64,000 nucleotides of DNA from Octopus sinensis (GCF_006345805.1 NC_042997.1:63922001-63986000); one strand, 5' to 3'; shown: positions 26,900 through 41,320, numbered from the stretch's first letter. Numbers and translations are program-made. Notes: generated by a model from the sequence alone, not told the origin.

Positions 26900-27860
26900 A
26901 ATACGGATTCGCCCTTCTAGTTATGCAAACATTCACAAAAACAAACAGAATACACAACGTATCATCGAAGTTACACAGAGACAATTCCATCGTACGTCAA
27001 AAGTTTTCCGAATTTTCGCGAAAATTCTTTAGGTTGGCTGCGCTGCCTCCAGTCCTCGCGTGCTCCAAGGTAATACACATATGGTTATTTAATCGAGGTT
27101 TGATCTTGATGCTCCAGTTTTGTTTCTTGTGTTACAGAGTAACAGAGTAAACATGGCCGTGTTGCTGGCAGTGTGTAGCGAAAGAACCACAGAGATCAGT
27201 GATTCCGGTTTCACTGGTCTGAATGTGGGTCAACGGCTGACATTCATCCCAGGCTTTTAGCGATCTACCGTCTACAAGTGTGTATGAGTAGTTTGAGGAA
27301 TAAAAAAAAATGGCTGGACAAGTATGAAGCACGAAAATAGAGCGGGACATCGATCAAACTCCGCCACTGACATGAGGATTTAGCAGTCTCAGGAGTTAGT
27401 GCTGGCAAACCGATGAGTGACAATCGATGAGGTGGCACTTTCTCTGCAAAGCAGTCATGTTTCGGCATTCGAAATCATCCAAGTCAAACTTCTGTAAAGT
27501 CTGTGCAAGATGGGTGCCAAAAGAGCTTACGGATGCGCTTAACCGTAAACGTGTGGGAATCTGCCAATGTTAGACTCGACCGCTACGACGATTAAGACGA
27601 AGCTATTTTGGAGAGAGTAATTCATCACTTTGAGCCAGAATCCAACAGGCAGAGTGTGAAGTGCAAAATACTCGGAATCACTAGCGAAAATGAAATTCAA
27701 GGCTCAACCTTCCACAGAAAGTGATTCTAACAATGTATGTTTTGTGGGTGGGAGTGGAGCACAGAAAAGGCTCCATACTGGAACATTAGAAGCAAAAGGA
27801 GTATACTATCAATGAAGCAGTGAAATACTGTCCAACAAACAGAAATCAGCAGTTCGCATG
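26900..27860 (+). mobile_element. Decayed mariner (DD34D-type) transposon, 3'-truncated
   Basis: KVCARWVPKELTDA.NRKRVGICQ (the WVPHEL motif), IHHFEPESNRQS, KFKAQPS; frameshifted. Confidence 0.85.
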
Positions 27861-27883
27861 AAACAAACACACACACACACACA

Positions 27884-27919
<36 letters not shown>

Positions 27920-28133
27920 ACACACACACACATATATATATTATATATATATATATTATATATATATATATATACATACACATATATATACATATGTATG
28001 TATATGTATAAGTACTCATGCATATATACATCTCTCTCTCTCTCTCTGTGGTGTTCCACCATAACCGCATCCGCATGGCTCAAAGGAGTAAAAGAGAAAA
28101 AAAATTAGTATATACATACATACATACATACAT

Positions 28134-28192
<59 letters not shown>

Positions 28193-28214
28193 ATATATAT
28201 ATAATATATATATA

Positions 28215-29400
28215 TAAATGAAAAGGCAAACGGTTTGTGAGACTTGACAAAAACATTTCATTAAGCTATATGATAAAAAAAATTTACATATCTCTAACAA
28301 CTGTTTCTAGAATATCCCAGCTATTGGAATATCGTGTCGAGTGAGGATTCCATAAGTCGAGTATGCCGCCATCGGAGAGAGATTGGTTAAACATATGTAA
28401 CAGTTGAAGAATATTCGTCATCAATGGTATTATTGTAGTTCATTTTGTCTAGAAGGGTAGGAGAAATCTAATATATCTAATACAAAACATTTATCTCCCG
28501 ATCTTCCTCCCACTATAGTATACGATATTTATTCTTCCATTCTCTCTGTTATGATTCTACTAATAGACATTACCAATTTTCTTCATTTGTTCATGGATAT
28601 TCCTAACGAATACCTATTTTAATTGAATTTTTAATTTTACATTAAACTGAAGGCTTACTCAATACTTTTTTATATCCGACAAAATAGCAATTGGTGAAGT
28701 TGTGCAAGGTATTTCACATCACAATGCTTCACCTCACTTAGTTGAATATGGAATATTAGCGTCAACTGTGTCTAGGTTTAACTTACAAGTACTGATATCT
28801 TGTTCAGAGAATATTGTATTCGCAATATAGCGACAGTAACTAGGATAAGTTCCAATTCAAAGTTCTTGTAGATTACTTGAGACTTTAAATTTGGTGGAGG
28901 ATATCCGACATTCGAGAATGTTTTAGGATGTTACTAACTGGACATTCCACAGTCATATGTACCTTTTTGGCACAAACAGTATGACACCATAGTGATTATA
29001 TTTTAATTACAGGTAAAAACCATTCGATGGACTTCTTTAAAGTTTCCAGTTGCCCACTTTTACTCAGCTGATAGTTTATTCGAGCCGTGAGACTTGGCTC
29101 ATAATCAACTTCAGTTAGGCCGCACGACTATGTCAAATTTCCTGGAATTTTTCATCAGCCTTTCCAGTTAAAAAATTCTTCGTGTTGCAGCTTGTACATG
29201 ATTGCTATAGAAAGTTATTTCAATGTTATATTTAACTATCAATGACGGTTCTTTGTTACTTCTTTGCAAATCTCTATAATACTTTAGGTTTGTTGTATTC
29301 TACAAATAGAGCCCCCATTATAAATCATCTAGTCTCTTCTAGAATTCAATGTATGAAACTTATGATACCAATTATGTTTCATGAAATCTGTTATGTATTG
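28215..29400 (-). mobile_element. Highly decayed Penelope-like element with 3' HHR remnant
   Basis: Minus-strand remnant YPSYCRYIANTIF (similar to Y.RYVDDTF). HHR-like motif at 28291-28380. The 3' end abuts (TA)n. Confidence 0.5.
28291..28380 (-). ncRNA. Degenerate type I hammerhead with long stem II region
   Basis: tctct-CCGATGG-(~60 nt)-GAA-ACAGTTGT-T-agaga; 5-bp stem I. Confidence 0.5.
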
Positions 29401-29952
29401 CTTCTTTTAATGCACGCGTGTGTGTATTCATGCACCTGTGCATGTGTACGTGAGTGTTTGTGTATGTGTCTTTGTGCGTTTGCGTTCTGTTTTGTAAGTA
29501 CTTACACTTTTGTCGTGCGTAAGCAGCAAGTGTTAAGAAACGTGTGATTCCAGAACATATCAATACTATATGTAACCGTAACGTCATGACACGCTAAACA
29601 ACACCAGAACAGACTGATGAAAATACAAAGACACTTACAAAAGCATTTCTTCTTCAAATTCAAGAATTGAAACATGACACAATGGCTCTTTTGTTTTACA
29701 ACTTTATTAGATATATACATAGGAATAGCAGCTGTTCATATAGCTCGTCCTTTAAAACAAACATACAAACAAATTGTTGCATATGTTCATGAATAATGTG
29801 TGCCAGATAGATAGGAAATTTCAGTGTCAATCTCAGTATTTATTTGATGTCTCATAAGATCCTTTCGATTCTCACCTACAAAATACTCTCATAGAGTATA
29901 GAAGAAAAAATGAAATTAGTTAAATAAAGACTTCTCAATATTATATGCTTCG

Positions 29953-30597
29953 AAGGCGGCAAGCTGGCGGACACGTTAGCACGCCAGGCGAAGTGCGTCG
30001 CGATATTTTGTCTGTCGCTAGGTTCTGATTTCAAATTCTGCCGTGGTTGATTTTGCCCTTCATCCTTTCGGGATCGATAAATTAATTACCAGTTACGTAC
30101 TGGTGTCGATCTAATTGACTGGCACCTTCCCCCAAAATTTCGGGCTCTGTGCGTAGAGTAGAAAAGAATATTATTTTCTTGTGTTTAGCACACCGGGAAA
30201 AATGCTTAGTGGCATTTCGTCCCATTTTAGTTCAAATTGAGTTCAAATTCCGCTGCCGTCGACTTTGCCTTTAATCCTTTCGGGTCGATAAAATAAGTAC
30301 AAGTTGAGCGCTGGTGTTGATGCAATCGATTCACTTTTTAACCGATCTTACTGGCCTTGTGATCAAATTTAAAATCGATATTATAAGGCGGTGAGCTGGC
30401 AGAATAGTTAGGGCGCCGAGCAAAATGCTTAGCAGCATTTCGTCCGACATGACATTCAGAGTTCAAATTCCGCCAAGGTCGACTTTGCCTTTCATCTTTT
30501 TGGTGTCGATAAAATAATTACTAGATGAACACTGGCTGCGATGTAATCGACTTATCCCTCACTAAAACACATTGCCAAAATTTGAAACCGGTATTAT
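29953..30597 (+). mobile_element. Three head-to-tail tRNA-SINE family B copies (29953-30172, 30184-30383, 30385-30597)
   Basis: Three iterations of ttcaaattc.gc...gt.ga.tttgcc.tt.atc.ttt.gg..tcgataaa. Confidence 0.9.
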
Positions 30598-32334
30598 ATA
30601 CTTAGGAAAGTTAGTAGATACTATCTTGAACATACAAAAATAGATTCATATAACATGTGCAATACCTATCTAGAACGGTATTTCCGATGTACCTTAGGAC
30701 TGTCGATACCTAACCAATGGTGGAAAATAAAATCCGCCCGGCCTTCTGAAAGATTTCCGGTTGTTTAACGGGTAAAAACTGGATATCCTGAATACACCAG
30801 TGTGAATAAAAATATTTGTGAAATCATAGCTTTTTTTTTAGTATTTGCAAAAGGCTAGAAAAGTTTCTCTCTTTTCTTCACATTCTCAATGATTTAGCGG
30901 ACACGACTTCTACGGTACAAGTGCATCTCTTCTTGCTCTATACTTCTCATCCCCACCAACTACCTGTACTAACATCAGGCAATATTACGACGCTTCCTCC
31001 ACAAAATAATTGGCAAGTGGAAAATAAAATTATAAATAAAGACTAAGAGTTGGAGAAAAATATCAGTTCCAAAATCAATATTGATCTTTCCTAATCTATA
31101 TAGTAGTCAATTATTTTGAAAGATGCTAACACTTCAGTTCAATAGTAAAAAGAAACATCTGGCTTATTGCGATGGCATTCCCCATGCAACTGAGTGTAAA
31201 ATTTGTGTAAACAAAAGATTAGCTGAGAAGCAGCAATTAAACCTAACGACCTGTTTATATCCTAAATCACTATTTGCCTTTTTATTTAGTGCATCAATAT
31301 ATATGCAAGGTAAAAAATATAAAGTATAAAGCCATACTTCCTAATCTACATGATGACCACTTGCTTTGCAAGAACCTGACACTTCAGTGGAATAGAATAC
31401 AAAAACATTATTGTTGTTACAGAGCCGAAAATAAGATGTAATTAACGGAGAAGGGGAAAATCGATGCTTGTCTCTTAATATAACAATACACCTCTTTCGC
31501 CAGTGGTTGTAGAGTTCGAGACGCTTAAGTTAACTAATTTCTGTCTATCGTCTTTTCATTATCAGTTTTATCCTTTATTACACAAATATATTCAACCTCT
31601 CTATATTTAGATTGAATACTTGCGTATTTTGATTGATAATCCGAAAGGGCTTAAGTTTTTCTTCACTTTGATTTTGCTCTCATTTAAATATGTAACTCTT
31701 TCTATATGAAAATCTTGTATATACAGTGAATTTTTTCTAAGTAATTCTATTTTACTTTCCGCCACAAACAATTTCAGAAGTCATTTTCCCGTGTATTCTT
31801 TGAGGAGCAGATATTCGTTTCGGGTTATTATTTTAGTAATATTCCATCGTTTGTGTAGTAGAATAGTCAAAACACTTACGCTTTGAGCATTTTCAACATT
31901 TTAAAATGAATTTTCGCGAATTAAAATAATACAATCTGAAAACAAAAGTTATGATTTAAGTATCCTTAATAAATAAAAAGTATCAAACTTGAGCAAGTTT
32001 CAGTATTTTCAACCTAACCAGCTTTAAATATCATCATGATGACAAAAATGTCCTTCATACAATTAGATATTAAGAAACAACATATTTTTGTGGTCCCTCG
32101 CACCACACGTCTCATATTTGCGGAATTTATCTGCAGATATGCCCACATTTTGCTTAATTTAGTGTGACTATCATTCCAAACTAGACGAGGCATGTTTTGT
32201 TGAACTTTTAACTGTCTCTTATGAAACTTGGTATTCTGAATGTGCCCTAAATGTTTTGATTGCGAGGTCACACGGGTCAAGGTCATTTTTCGTTAAGCAT
32301 GGTCAAATACCTGTAAAAAGAACTTCATGGTATT

Positions 32335-32547
32335 CTTTTCTTTTTTTTTCTTTTTATTCGTTTCAGTCATTTGACTGCGGCCATGCTGGAGCACCGCCTT
32401 TAGTCGAGCAAATCGACCCCGGGACTTATTCTTTGTAAGCCCAGTACTTATTCTATCGGTCTCTTTTGCCGAACCGCTAAGTGACGGGGACGTAAACACA
32501 CCAGCATCGGTTGTCAAGCAATGCTAGGAGGACAAACACACACACAT

Positions 32548-32614
<67 letters not shown>

Positions 32615-32786
32615 CATATATACGACAGGCTTCTTTCAGTTTCCGTTTACCAAATCCACTCACAAGGCATTGGTCGGCCCGGGGCTATAGCAGAAGACAC
32701 TTGGCCAAGATGCCACGCAGTGGGACTGAACCCGGACCCATGTGGTTGGTTAGTAAGCTACTTACCACACAGTCACTCCTGCGCCT
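32335..32786 (-). mobile_element. tRNA-derived SINE, family A, full length
   Basis: Reverse complement of 15827-16207, including a ~28-nt segment deleted in that copy. Confidence 0.93.
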
Positions 32787-32789
32787 ATG

Positions 32790-33725
32790 TATGCTCTTTA
32801 TGGAACTTTGCCATTACAAATCTGCATTTGCTTACTTTATAACTTTGACAATTCTGAAAATGTGTTTTTTTAATTTCAGAAATATGGCCAGCTGTGAGAG
32901 ATGAGAATGTAAAAGCAGTCTCGATGTCTTCTGCTTATTTCTGGATTACGCAGTGAAACAAAATCACAGAATTTGTGAAGAAAGCTTACCTTACTTCCTT
33001 ACTTTAGCAAGAAACTGGCTGACAAGACAACGACAAAGCAAAATGCTTCCAGTTTTGTATTTTGAGAAAAATAAAGTTGGAGTGTTTGAGGGGTTACATA
33101 TTAGGTAACTATCGCAGGACGAGCTATTTTTGTAGACCATTCTGGCATTGAAAAAGAAGCATCGAATGCATTTGTTGCGGTTGTATCTGATTTCCTGAGA
33201 AACAGGAAGCCATTAAATTATGTAGATCTTGTGCAGATCCTTTTAAGCAGTTTTCGAGCACTGGGCTGCAACATGAGTGTAAATGTGCACAGTCTTGAAA
33301 ATCCTAGTGATGAGCAAGGGAAAAGATTTCATCGAGAACATGGGGACAAAGTATCAAGGCAGGTGGAACACCAGCATGGTGCTGTCTACTGCTGATCATT
33401 GCAAAGAGACTGTCATGATGGAATATATTCACATAAACCAACAAAGGGAAAGTTCATTCAAACTCTAGTTTGACAGAAATATCTATTTGAAGATGTGTAA
33501 TTAAACATTTTGTGTAATATATCTGCTAAACAATAAAATGTACTATTTGGTTTGTGTTAGTTTTTTATTTCCGTATTGCATTTAATGGCAAAATTGACAT
33601 TTTTTTGGTAAAAAAAAATGAATTCCTGTTTAACAAAAAAACTTGACGTGACAGAAAATTCCTGGGGGCATTTCTGAATCCAACACCATCAAATTGTAAA
33701 AAGTAAGACAACTAATTTTTTTTTT
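32790..33725 (+). mobile_element. Internally deleted Chapaev3 (CMC superfamily) DNA transposon
   Basis: N-terminal MAS...CKSSLDVFC...ITEFVKKAYL...KLADK is joined to C-terminal GVFEG.HIR, NAFVAVVSDFLRNRK.LNY, LGCNMSVNVH, SDEQGKRFH, KYQGRWN. These match Chapaev3 transposase motifs. Confidence 0.8.
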
Positions 33726-34451
33726 AACGTACCCCAGTGTCATAGAACAAGAATACAATTTCAATAATATTGACATGAAAAACATAAAAAATTCCTGCTT
33801 GGTGAAAAATATCGATAAAACAATTCGTTAGTTGATCCGGAGCTATAGATGAAGGCATTTGCTCAACAAGCGCGCAGCAGAATTGAACCCAAAACCATAA
33901 ATGTATAGCAAACTTATTTGCCACCTCGTGATTTCTATATATTCATTTGGCTGTTTACATACAACAAAGAAAAGAAGTTTGAAGTCTACCAACGTTATAA
34001 CGACATATCAGAATAAAGAAACGCCAAAAATATTCGCCGTTAATTTTTTGCCTTTCCAGATCAGAGTGCAATCCTAAGTAATTCTAATATCCTCTCATAA
34101 TAACCGTATCTTCACTGCATTAATCTCTGACTTTGAAAACACCAGTATTATTCAAAATGATCCCTTATATTTATTTCACTCTGATTACCTTTGCAATTAT
34201 CCCCTAAAACTCTTGTTTGCTAAGTGATGAGTTCTATTGGTATTTCTACTTAGCAAAATTATTACAGCAGGAGTTGAAGACAATAGTAGAGAGATATTTC
34301 CTCACAATCCCCCATATTGTAAATATTAGCTAAACCCTAGTAATGTCCCCTTATAAACGTTTTTAACGAAGCAGTGGCAATTTCTTCTAACTTTGAAAAT
34401 ATTTAACAGAAATAAGTGAAACGGCTATGGTTTGTGTGTGTGTGTGTGTGT

Positions 34452-34502
<51 letters not shown>

Positions 34503-35160
34503 CGTCGTGATTCAGAAAGCTCTATTATTTCAATGATACGGGTTTATCTTAACATTTTTAACGGTTATTCTACTGTAAATAACGTTTGATACACACAAAC
34601 ATGCACACGCACACACATGCACACGCACACACATGCATACCCACACGCTCAAACACACACGCGTGAACCCATGCAGGCATATCACGTACATACATACACA
34701 CATACATACACACATACATACACACAAAGACATACAGGCATACACACACACGCAAAACAAAACTGATATTATCAAAAAAGGAGAGATATACATTGTTCTA
34801 AAAGAGGAACAATGTAATGATAAAGTAATTGAATGTAATTGCCATAGGTTTTCTGAGCGGCTGTCAGTATAAATATAGTCGTAGAAAGGCTCTCCAGGAC
34901 TACTTGAGCAGTGGAAGTCAATGAGAAGACCTATTTAGAAATGTTGATTAATGAATGCATTAGGGAGATAAGGGCTGCAGTGAGGAAGGGGAAAATGTGG
35001 GATGTCGAAATAAAAAGGAGGCGTAAAGAGGACTAGATGGACATTGCAAAATCCAACTGACCACAGTTGTTTGACAGTTGATGCTAATAGGGAATCAACT
35101 TATGAATTCATCTGTACGCACACTCACACACACACACACACACACACACAAAGTTATATA

Positions 35161-35394
35161 CATGGTGGCCCAAAAGTAGGTTTACAGTTATTCGACTATC
35201 TCTTTTACATTCATATATTAACAGTTTAGATCTTAATCATAAAAAATTTTAAACCATTATTCTATGCTAATTTAGTTAATTTTGTCAAGCTTCCTTTTCA
35301 GTTTCTTAGATAGAAATGTAAATGTAACAAAATGTTTTAAAAGAAACTTAAAGTGCCTACATGATAACTGTAAATCTATTTTGGGGGTAACCTG
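35161..35394. mobile_element. Tc1/mariner-type MITE with ~30-bp imperfect TIRs and TA target-site duplication
   Basis: TA|catggtggcccaaaagtaggtttacagttat ... ataactgtaaatctattttgggggtaacctg|TA. Confidence 0.75.
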
Positions 35395-35597
35395 TATATT
35401 TGCATACACACACACAGACACACACACACAAACATATATATATATGCATGTACGTACGTATATATATATATATATATATACACCATAAATGTGTGTAAAA
35501 GCATGCGTGTGTTTCTGTTCCTGTTTCTTGATATTATGAGAATTCTTCTCCTCTAGATCCCATCTAGCTGAACCCCAGTACCAATAAAACTACTAAT

Positions 35598-35664
35598 TCT
35601 TCTTCTTCTTCTTCTTCTTCTTCTTCTTCTTCTTCTACTACTACTACTACTACTACTACTACTA

Positions 35665-35698
<34 letters not shown>

Positions 35699-35718
35699 GT
35701 TGCAGCTGCTGCTGCTGT
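35598..35718. repeat. (TTC)n-(TAC)n-(TGC)n compound microsatellite
   Basis: Read directly from the sequence. Confidence 0.95.
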
Positions 35719-38049
35719 TATTCACTTTTGATGTCTCATCTTTAAAGACAGGAACAGTGATCTTGCCGTATTTAATACTTTGATCTCCGTCTGTAAATTC
35801 ATGCGCATTTTTACCGATATTGTATGTATCATCTTGGGTAAACGTCTTGAAATTTCATGTTTCTGTCTATTTTCATTTTGGTTGTAGTGAATGTTAACAA
35901 TGCAACTATTCTTTGAATGTATGCCTTAAAGACAAGCTGGGCAATAACACGTGGCCTTCACCGTCTTCTTTGAAACAGCTTCTGTAATTTGAACTTTTCT
36001 AAACCATCGGGGTACTTATAGTAAGTGCATTACGATTGATATTGGTTAGATTTCCATTGATCTCAACGTAAGTGGAAATCATGTTCTGTTGCAGGAAAGG
36101 AAAGAGCTTATACTGAAAGTGGTGTTTGTGTGTGTGAGTGTGTGTGTGTCTGTGAGTGTGAATGCGTAAGAGAATGGATTGAATAATAATTTTAACCATT
36201 TCGTTCAGACAAACATTTTCACAATTTCTTAATAGTACGTAGTGGGATCCGGGCTCAGGGGTTTCAGGGTTTTGCAGAGTATAGGGCCACTTTTTAGCCA
36301 CTGTTCTTCACAAGTCTCTTCTTACCCGGTGTAATAGCATCTATAAGAGACTATAACTGAAATTGTCTCCTGAAGAAGGTCAGTCAGAGACTCCTCAATG
36401 GACCCAACGCAGATGAAGTCTTTCAGCAATATTGCTCCTCATCTATGACAAGGTAACTTCATAAATCCTTGTATTCTGACCCCGTAGCACTTGTTGCACC
36501 TGACTAATACAAGGGCGAAAGAGTAGATTTGGCTCTGCCCAAACCATACCCACTATAATAATATTCGTCATACAAGTTGTTCATCGAACCTTGAGAATGG
36601 TACCAACACCATCACACTTTCTTGAAAAGTCCGGTGGTGATATACAAACAGATGACAGAGACATGTAGAGGATGGTATTGGAAGACTTCAGCTTCGACTC
36701 TGGTGCAGGCAGTCATAGGGCGATGGTCGTTTTCCACAGAGCTAGCTGTAACTTGCTGAATCCTAATTCGGCGAAGAGACGAGAAAGTTAATGTATATGT
36801 CTACTATGAAGTACCATACGCTTTCTATGTACTTCTGCGAAATAGTCACTGACAAAATTTCATTTTGCCTATTGAAAATTAGGAAATAGTTAGAGGTGTG
36901 CTGTGTTCTTTCCTTCTGTGGATTTCTTCTTTTATTTTCTTATTTGCATTTATGAACTGGAAAATTGTATGCCTTTTCTTTTTATCACGGTTTGTGGTAT
37001 AAATATCTTTTATGAATGGGAGTTATTTCTATGGAAGCATTGAACTTGTGACTTTATTATTACCTGAAGAAATAAATCCTTCTTTTAGCGCTTTCCTCCA
37101 AGTTTACCTGTCATTCTGTCGTAGCCAATAAAACCATCCGATCCAAGGCGATGAAGATGACTTGTAATTTTTCCGGCTCTTTTTAAATCTGGGTTCAGAT
37201 CAAGTCATTACCTACATGGGTGGTAAACGTAACCCTTCACACGGCTTAACAGCATCACCTGGAACTTCGGATGCCTTTAACGGACTCCACTCTGTTGCAA
37301 ACATTTGTGTCAGCTTTTCTGTTTCAGAATGCCTTCCTCCATAATTTTCAATAGTCTTGGAAACTCTGTTTCGGATCAGGGGCATTGCCATCCCTCTTAA
37401 CTAAGTGACTGAAAAATTATTTTGCTTTTCATTTCACTTTTCATTTCACTTATTGATATATTTATTTATTGCAAATGTTATTTTCAATTAGCGGTAATAA
37501 TTATCACTATATTTTTTACATAGATGTTTTTTTCTAACATGAACTGTTGGAAACGTTACATGCAATGTATACATTAAATCTCTTCAAAATATGCCTATTT
37601 AAAGATGATCGACAGATGTTTAACAACTGCATTTTATATGGATTGCATTACATAGATATACCTTTGGATAAAGTAAAATTAATATGAAATTGAGTACCAA
37701 ATAAATTATCCTCCAGATTTTGTCAGCAATCTATAAATCATATATATTATCCACGCTCGTTTCATAGTAATAAAATGTAAATCCCAGAGGATATATAAAT
37801 ATATACACGCGTCGGACATATAACGTTTGTTATGAAAGCAAAAATGCAAAAATGACTTCTGAACATTTTTCTAATTAAACATTTTTAACCAAATGGTAAC
37901 CAGAGGTCGAAAGATAATCATGTTCGCTGCAAAAGTCAATGCTGATAGAATCTGGCACAAATGGATCGCTAAATGTCCAAACTGATACTTAAATGACATT
38001 CACAGGTGTTGCTAGAATTTAATGAATTTTGTTAGACAGGCATTAAGGA

Positions 38050-39150
38050 AAGAAATCATGAAAGGTTGTAGAAAAACGACTTTGGAAATCTCAGAAACTC
38101 CCAGCGTAACGCACTTTGTCGTCTAGCTAACAATAATTCTATTATTATTAAAATGGCAGAGAAGGTAGCAGTGCTATCGTAATTTTGAAGAAAGTTAAGT
38201 ATATTTTGACTTGTGAATAAACTTACTGACACGAATTTTTATGAGGAATTACTTTTCGGTCAAAATCCGAACACAGAAAGGAATTTATGAAATTAATTTA
38301 GAAAATAGAAACCATTTATAAAGAGCAATGAGGCTAGAATATTAGTCAGAGCAAAGCTCATACATATTTTATGGCTTTGCACATATGAACAAAATGTTTT
38401 AAAATTTTCTCCACTGCTCGCAGTTGGTGACTTGTATGAACATTATTCAGCCAAAATTAAGGCGTAGCTGGTGGGCGAGTGGAGGGGTCTTCTACTTCCG
38501 GCATCAAATGTAATAAAGGCAAAAATGACCTCGTATACTCGGGATGCTTTTGATTTTGATTACAAAATTAACAATTTGTCTTGGTGCCGAAATAGTTTTG
38601 AAAACTATTCATTGGCATCCACGAATGTTACCTCACTTTCTCCTCAGAACTGACCAGAATGAAGGGATAGTAAGATGCATGACTATCTTTGCCAAATGAT
38701 CAAACAAAAGTATTCAATCTATTTCCGAATACTGAGCCATTTGGAAATGAATAAACTGCTATCATCGTCATCATGTTACGAGAAGTTTCCTATATCCCAA
38801 AAGTAAATTTCTCACAAAATTAGTTTCATTTCACTTTCTGGTTCTCCACAACATTCTTCAAAATACTATTATTTCGAGTGAGATTATATCGAGTAAAAGG
38901 GAAATAGAAATGGTTCTTGTCAAACTACTAATCCTAATTTCATGAAAACCAAATTGTCTTCACTTAATTCTTATTTAAAGACGATATGATTCTTTTCTTT
39001 GGGCGCAGTGGTCATCATGAGCTTTAATCGTTTTCTCAATTATCGATGTGAATAGTTGGTGATAATCGTTGTGGATTCCACTTAACTCACCATATGAGAA
39101 AGGAATAATATAATGAGATTTGGATTTTGAAGCTATATTTGAAATTTATC
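38050..39150 (+). mobile_element. Old Penelope-like element RT fragment
   Basis: NLRNSQRNALCRLANNNSIIIKMAEK/SSAIVIL (PLE IKPADKG motif), LTDTNFYEEL, LASTNVTSL (DV.SLY); heavily mutated. Confidence 0.65.
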
Positions 39151-40063
39151 TCGGAACAACAGTTCTCGCTTTAGATTAGTAACTATTTACTATGTTATAC
39201 ACAAATATTAAATCGGAAGTCACTGCATGCGCGTAATACACATATACATGCACACAGAGGCTCTAGAGTACACATGTGCACAGATATACACATATAGATG
39301 AGAAATTACATCAATACAAATGAGGTACAACTACTAATTTGTATTTAATGGACAAAGAGACCATAGATATACTGAATGGTTAGCATTCACTTTCGATGGG
39401 CTACGATACTTTCTGCTTTTGCTTTAACTCCTTCTCTCTCGCTCTCACTCTCACTCTTCCCTCTGTCACTCAATCTATCTCCTATCTCTCCCCTCTCTCC
39501 CCTCTCTACACCCACTCTCTCCTCTGTCTCTCCCTCTCTCTCTCTATCTCACGCACACATATGAGTATACACATACACACATATACTGCGGCAGACACTT
39601 ATAATTCATAGTTATAATTCTTCTTATTTTCTCTCATAGTCGTTTATAATACCTAAAATGATATATATAAGATAGGAAAGGCAGATATCATTGAACATAT
39701 TACGTGAGAGTATATGCAGTATGAATATTACTGAAAAGTTCTTAGTCACTCAATAGTCAGTATTTGGCTGTCATCCTTATATGTTATATGATATATTACA
39801 TATATCTCTATATGTGTGTCTGCATGCGTGGAATTTCTTAGAGCAGTAGAATAATCCTTAACACTAGGTGTGAAACAATGCAATTAGTTTCATTTTATTT
39901 CAAACGAATTCTCGTATATTAACATCTGTACTAAAAGGGCATATATAAATGTGTACAAACATTCATATATGTCTATATATGCAAGTGTATGTATACGTAT
40001 GGATGTATGTATCTTTCTCACCCGCTCCTTCTCTTTCGTTCTATAAACATCTATGTGTATATG

Positions 40064-40154
<91 letters not shown>

Positions 40155-40749
40155 ATGCATATTAGTCATCCATACAGGCTATCTTTTGAAATGCACAAAA
40201 CTATTGGTCAAATGGTGAAGCTGTGATAAATTATACTTGACGAAGATGTTGTCTTGTGCATGAGAATCTGGAACCGATGTGATACTAAAGCTACACTCGT
40301 TAAAACTCAATTTAGCCCCCTCCTCTGAATTAAGTTTCTTTATCTCCAAATGTTATATTGATTTTTATCTACAACGTCTTTATTTATAAGAATAGTTATG
40401 AATTTATTATTTCCTGCCTGTTCTGTTGTTTACGTATCTATGCCTTCCTACATTTTCTCTTAAGACTCAAAATGGCATACACAAATGTGCAGTTTCTCTG
40501 TGATGTAGCCACTGACGATGCAGACAAGTCCTCAACGGGTTAAAAGCTTCCAAATATATCAGCTGTTCTCTTAAAATGTGTTCACTCAGTTGACGGAGCA
40601 AGACTAACGTTTATTGCTAGGAAACTAAACCGACGTTTCCCCCTTGATATTGCTGTCCTCGCTATATGTTGTTTTCGTATTATTGTTTATCATTGAGGCT
40701 ACCGATTATTACTCTACTGAAGTATTTCATCACGCCAGCTACTACAAAT

Positions 40750-41320
40750 AATCCCTTCATTATCATAGCATGGAGATAAACCGCATCATTGAGTTTCTAG
40801 GGACAATTGGTAATCAGGATGGTCTTTAAAATAGAATTTCTATGCGTGCTTGTAAGCAGTAATTTACAGTCATTCAATTTCTTTTCTTTGATGAAAAGTA
40901 TCAGCTTTCTGACCAACGCAAAGCTTTTATAATTGTTGCAAAGCTTTTATAATGCCTTAGTTAAAGGAGTGAATTACAGATATAATGATGATGGAAGAAA
41001 CATCAGTTTGGGTTGTTTGATATTAGCAACTGCTGAGAGATTAGTTGCATTATCAAAAAATAATGCAACTGTTTTTCTCTTTCAACTCATCTCTTTGTAA
41101 GATCTTCGGCTTAAAGCGGTAAATAGCTTTAGTTTTTTCAGTTGGTCACTGAATTTCGGTCAGAGGCAATAAGATTTGATACTTTGATTATTACGAACTC
41201 GAATTTGATATTTTGTAGGGTCAAAACAATCATTTTTGCACATTTTGAACCACAATGCACATAAACCGTTAAGAAAAAAAGACAGAAGCTTAGAAATTAA
41301 CTTTCTTCGAATAAAATAAA
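40750..41320 (-). mobile_element. pogo/Tigger DDE transposase remnant
   Basis: RKTVALFFDNATNLSAVANIKQPKLMFLPSS...SVIHSFN*GIIKALQ, matching LLLDN...FLPPNTTS.LQPLDQGIIKAFK. Confidence 0.7.

Noticed and set aside
35720-36120. Possible GIY-YIG remnant on the minus strand (IGK.RMNLQTEIK)
   Set aside because: A single weak motif across a frameshift; needs BLASTX.
36366-36415. Possible HHR remnant tctc-CTGAAGA-aGGTC...GACC-caacgcag
   Set aside because: The GAAA and UH site are absent. It may be a decayed copy but cannot be supported from one sequence.
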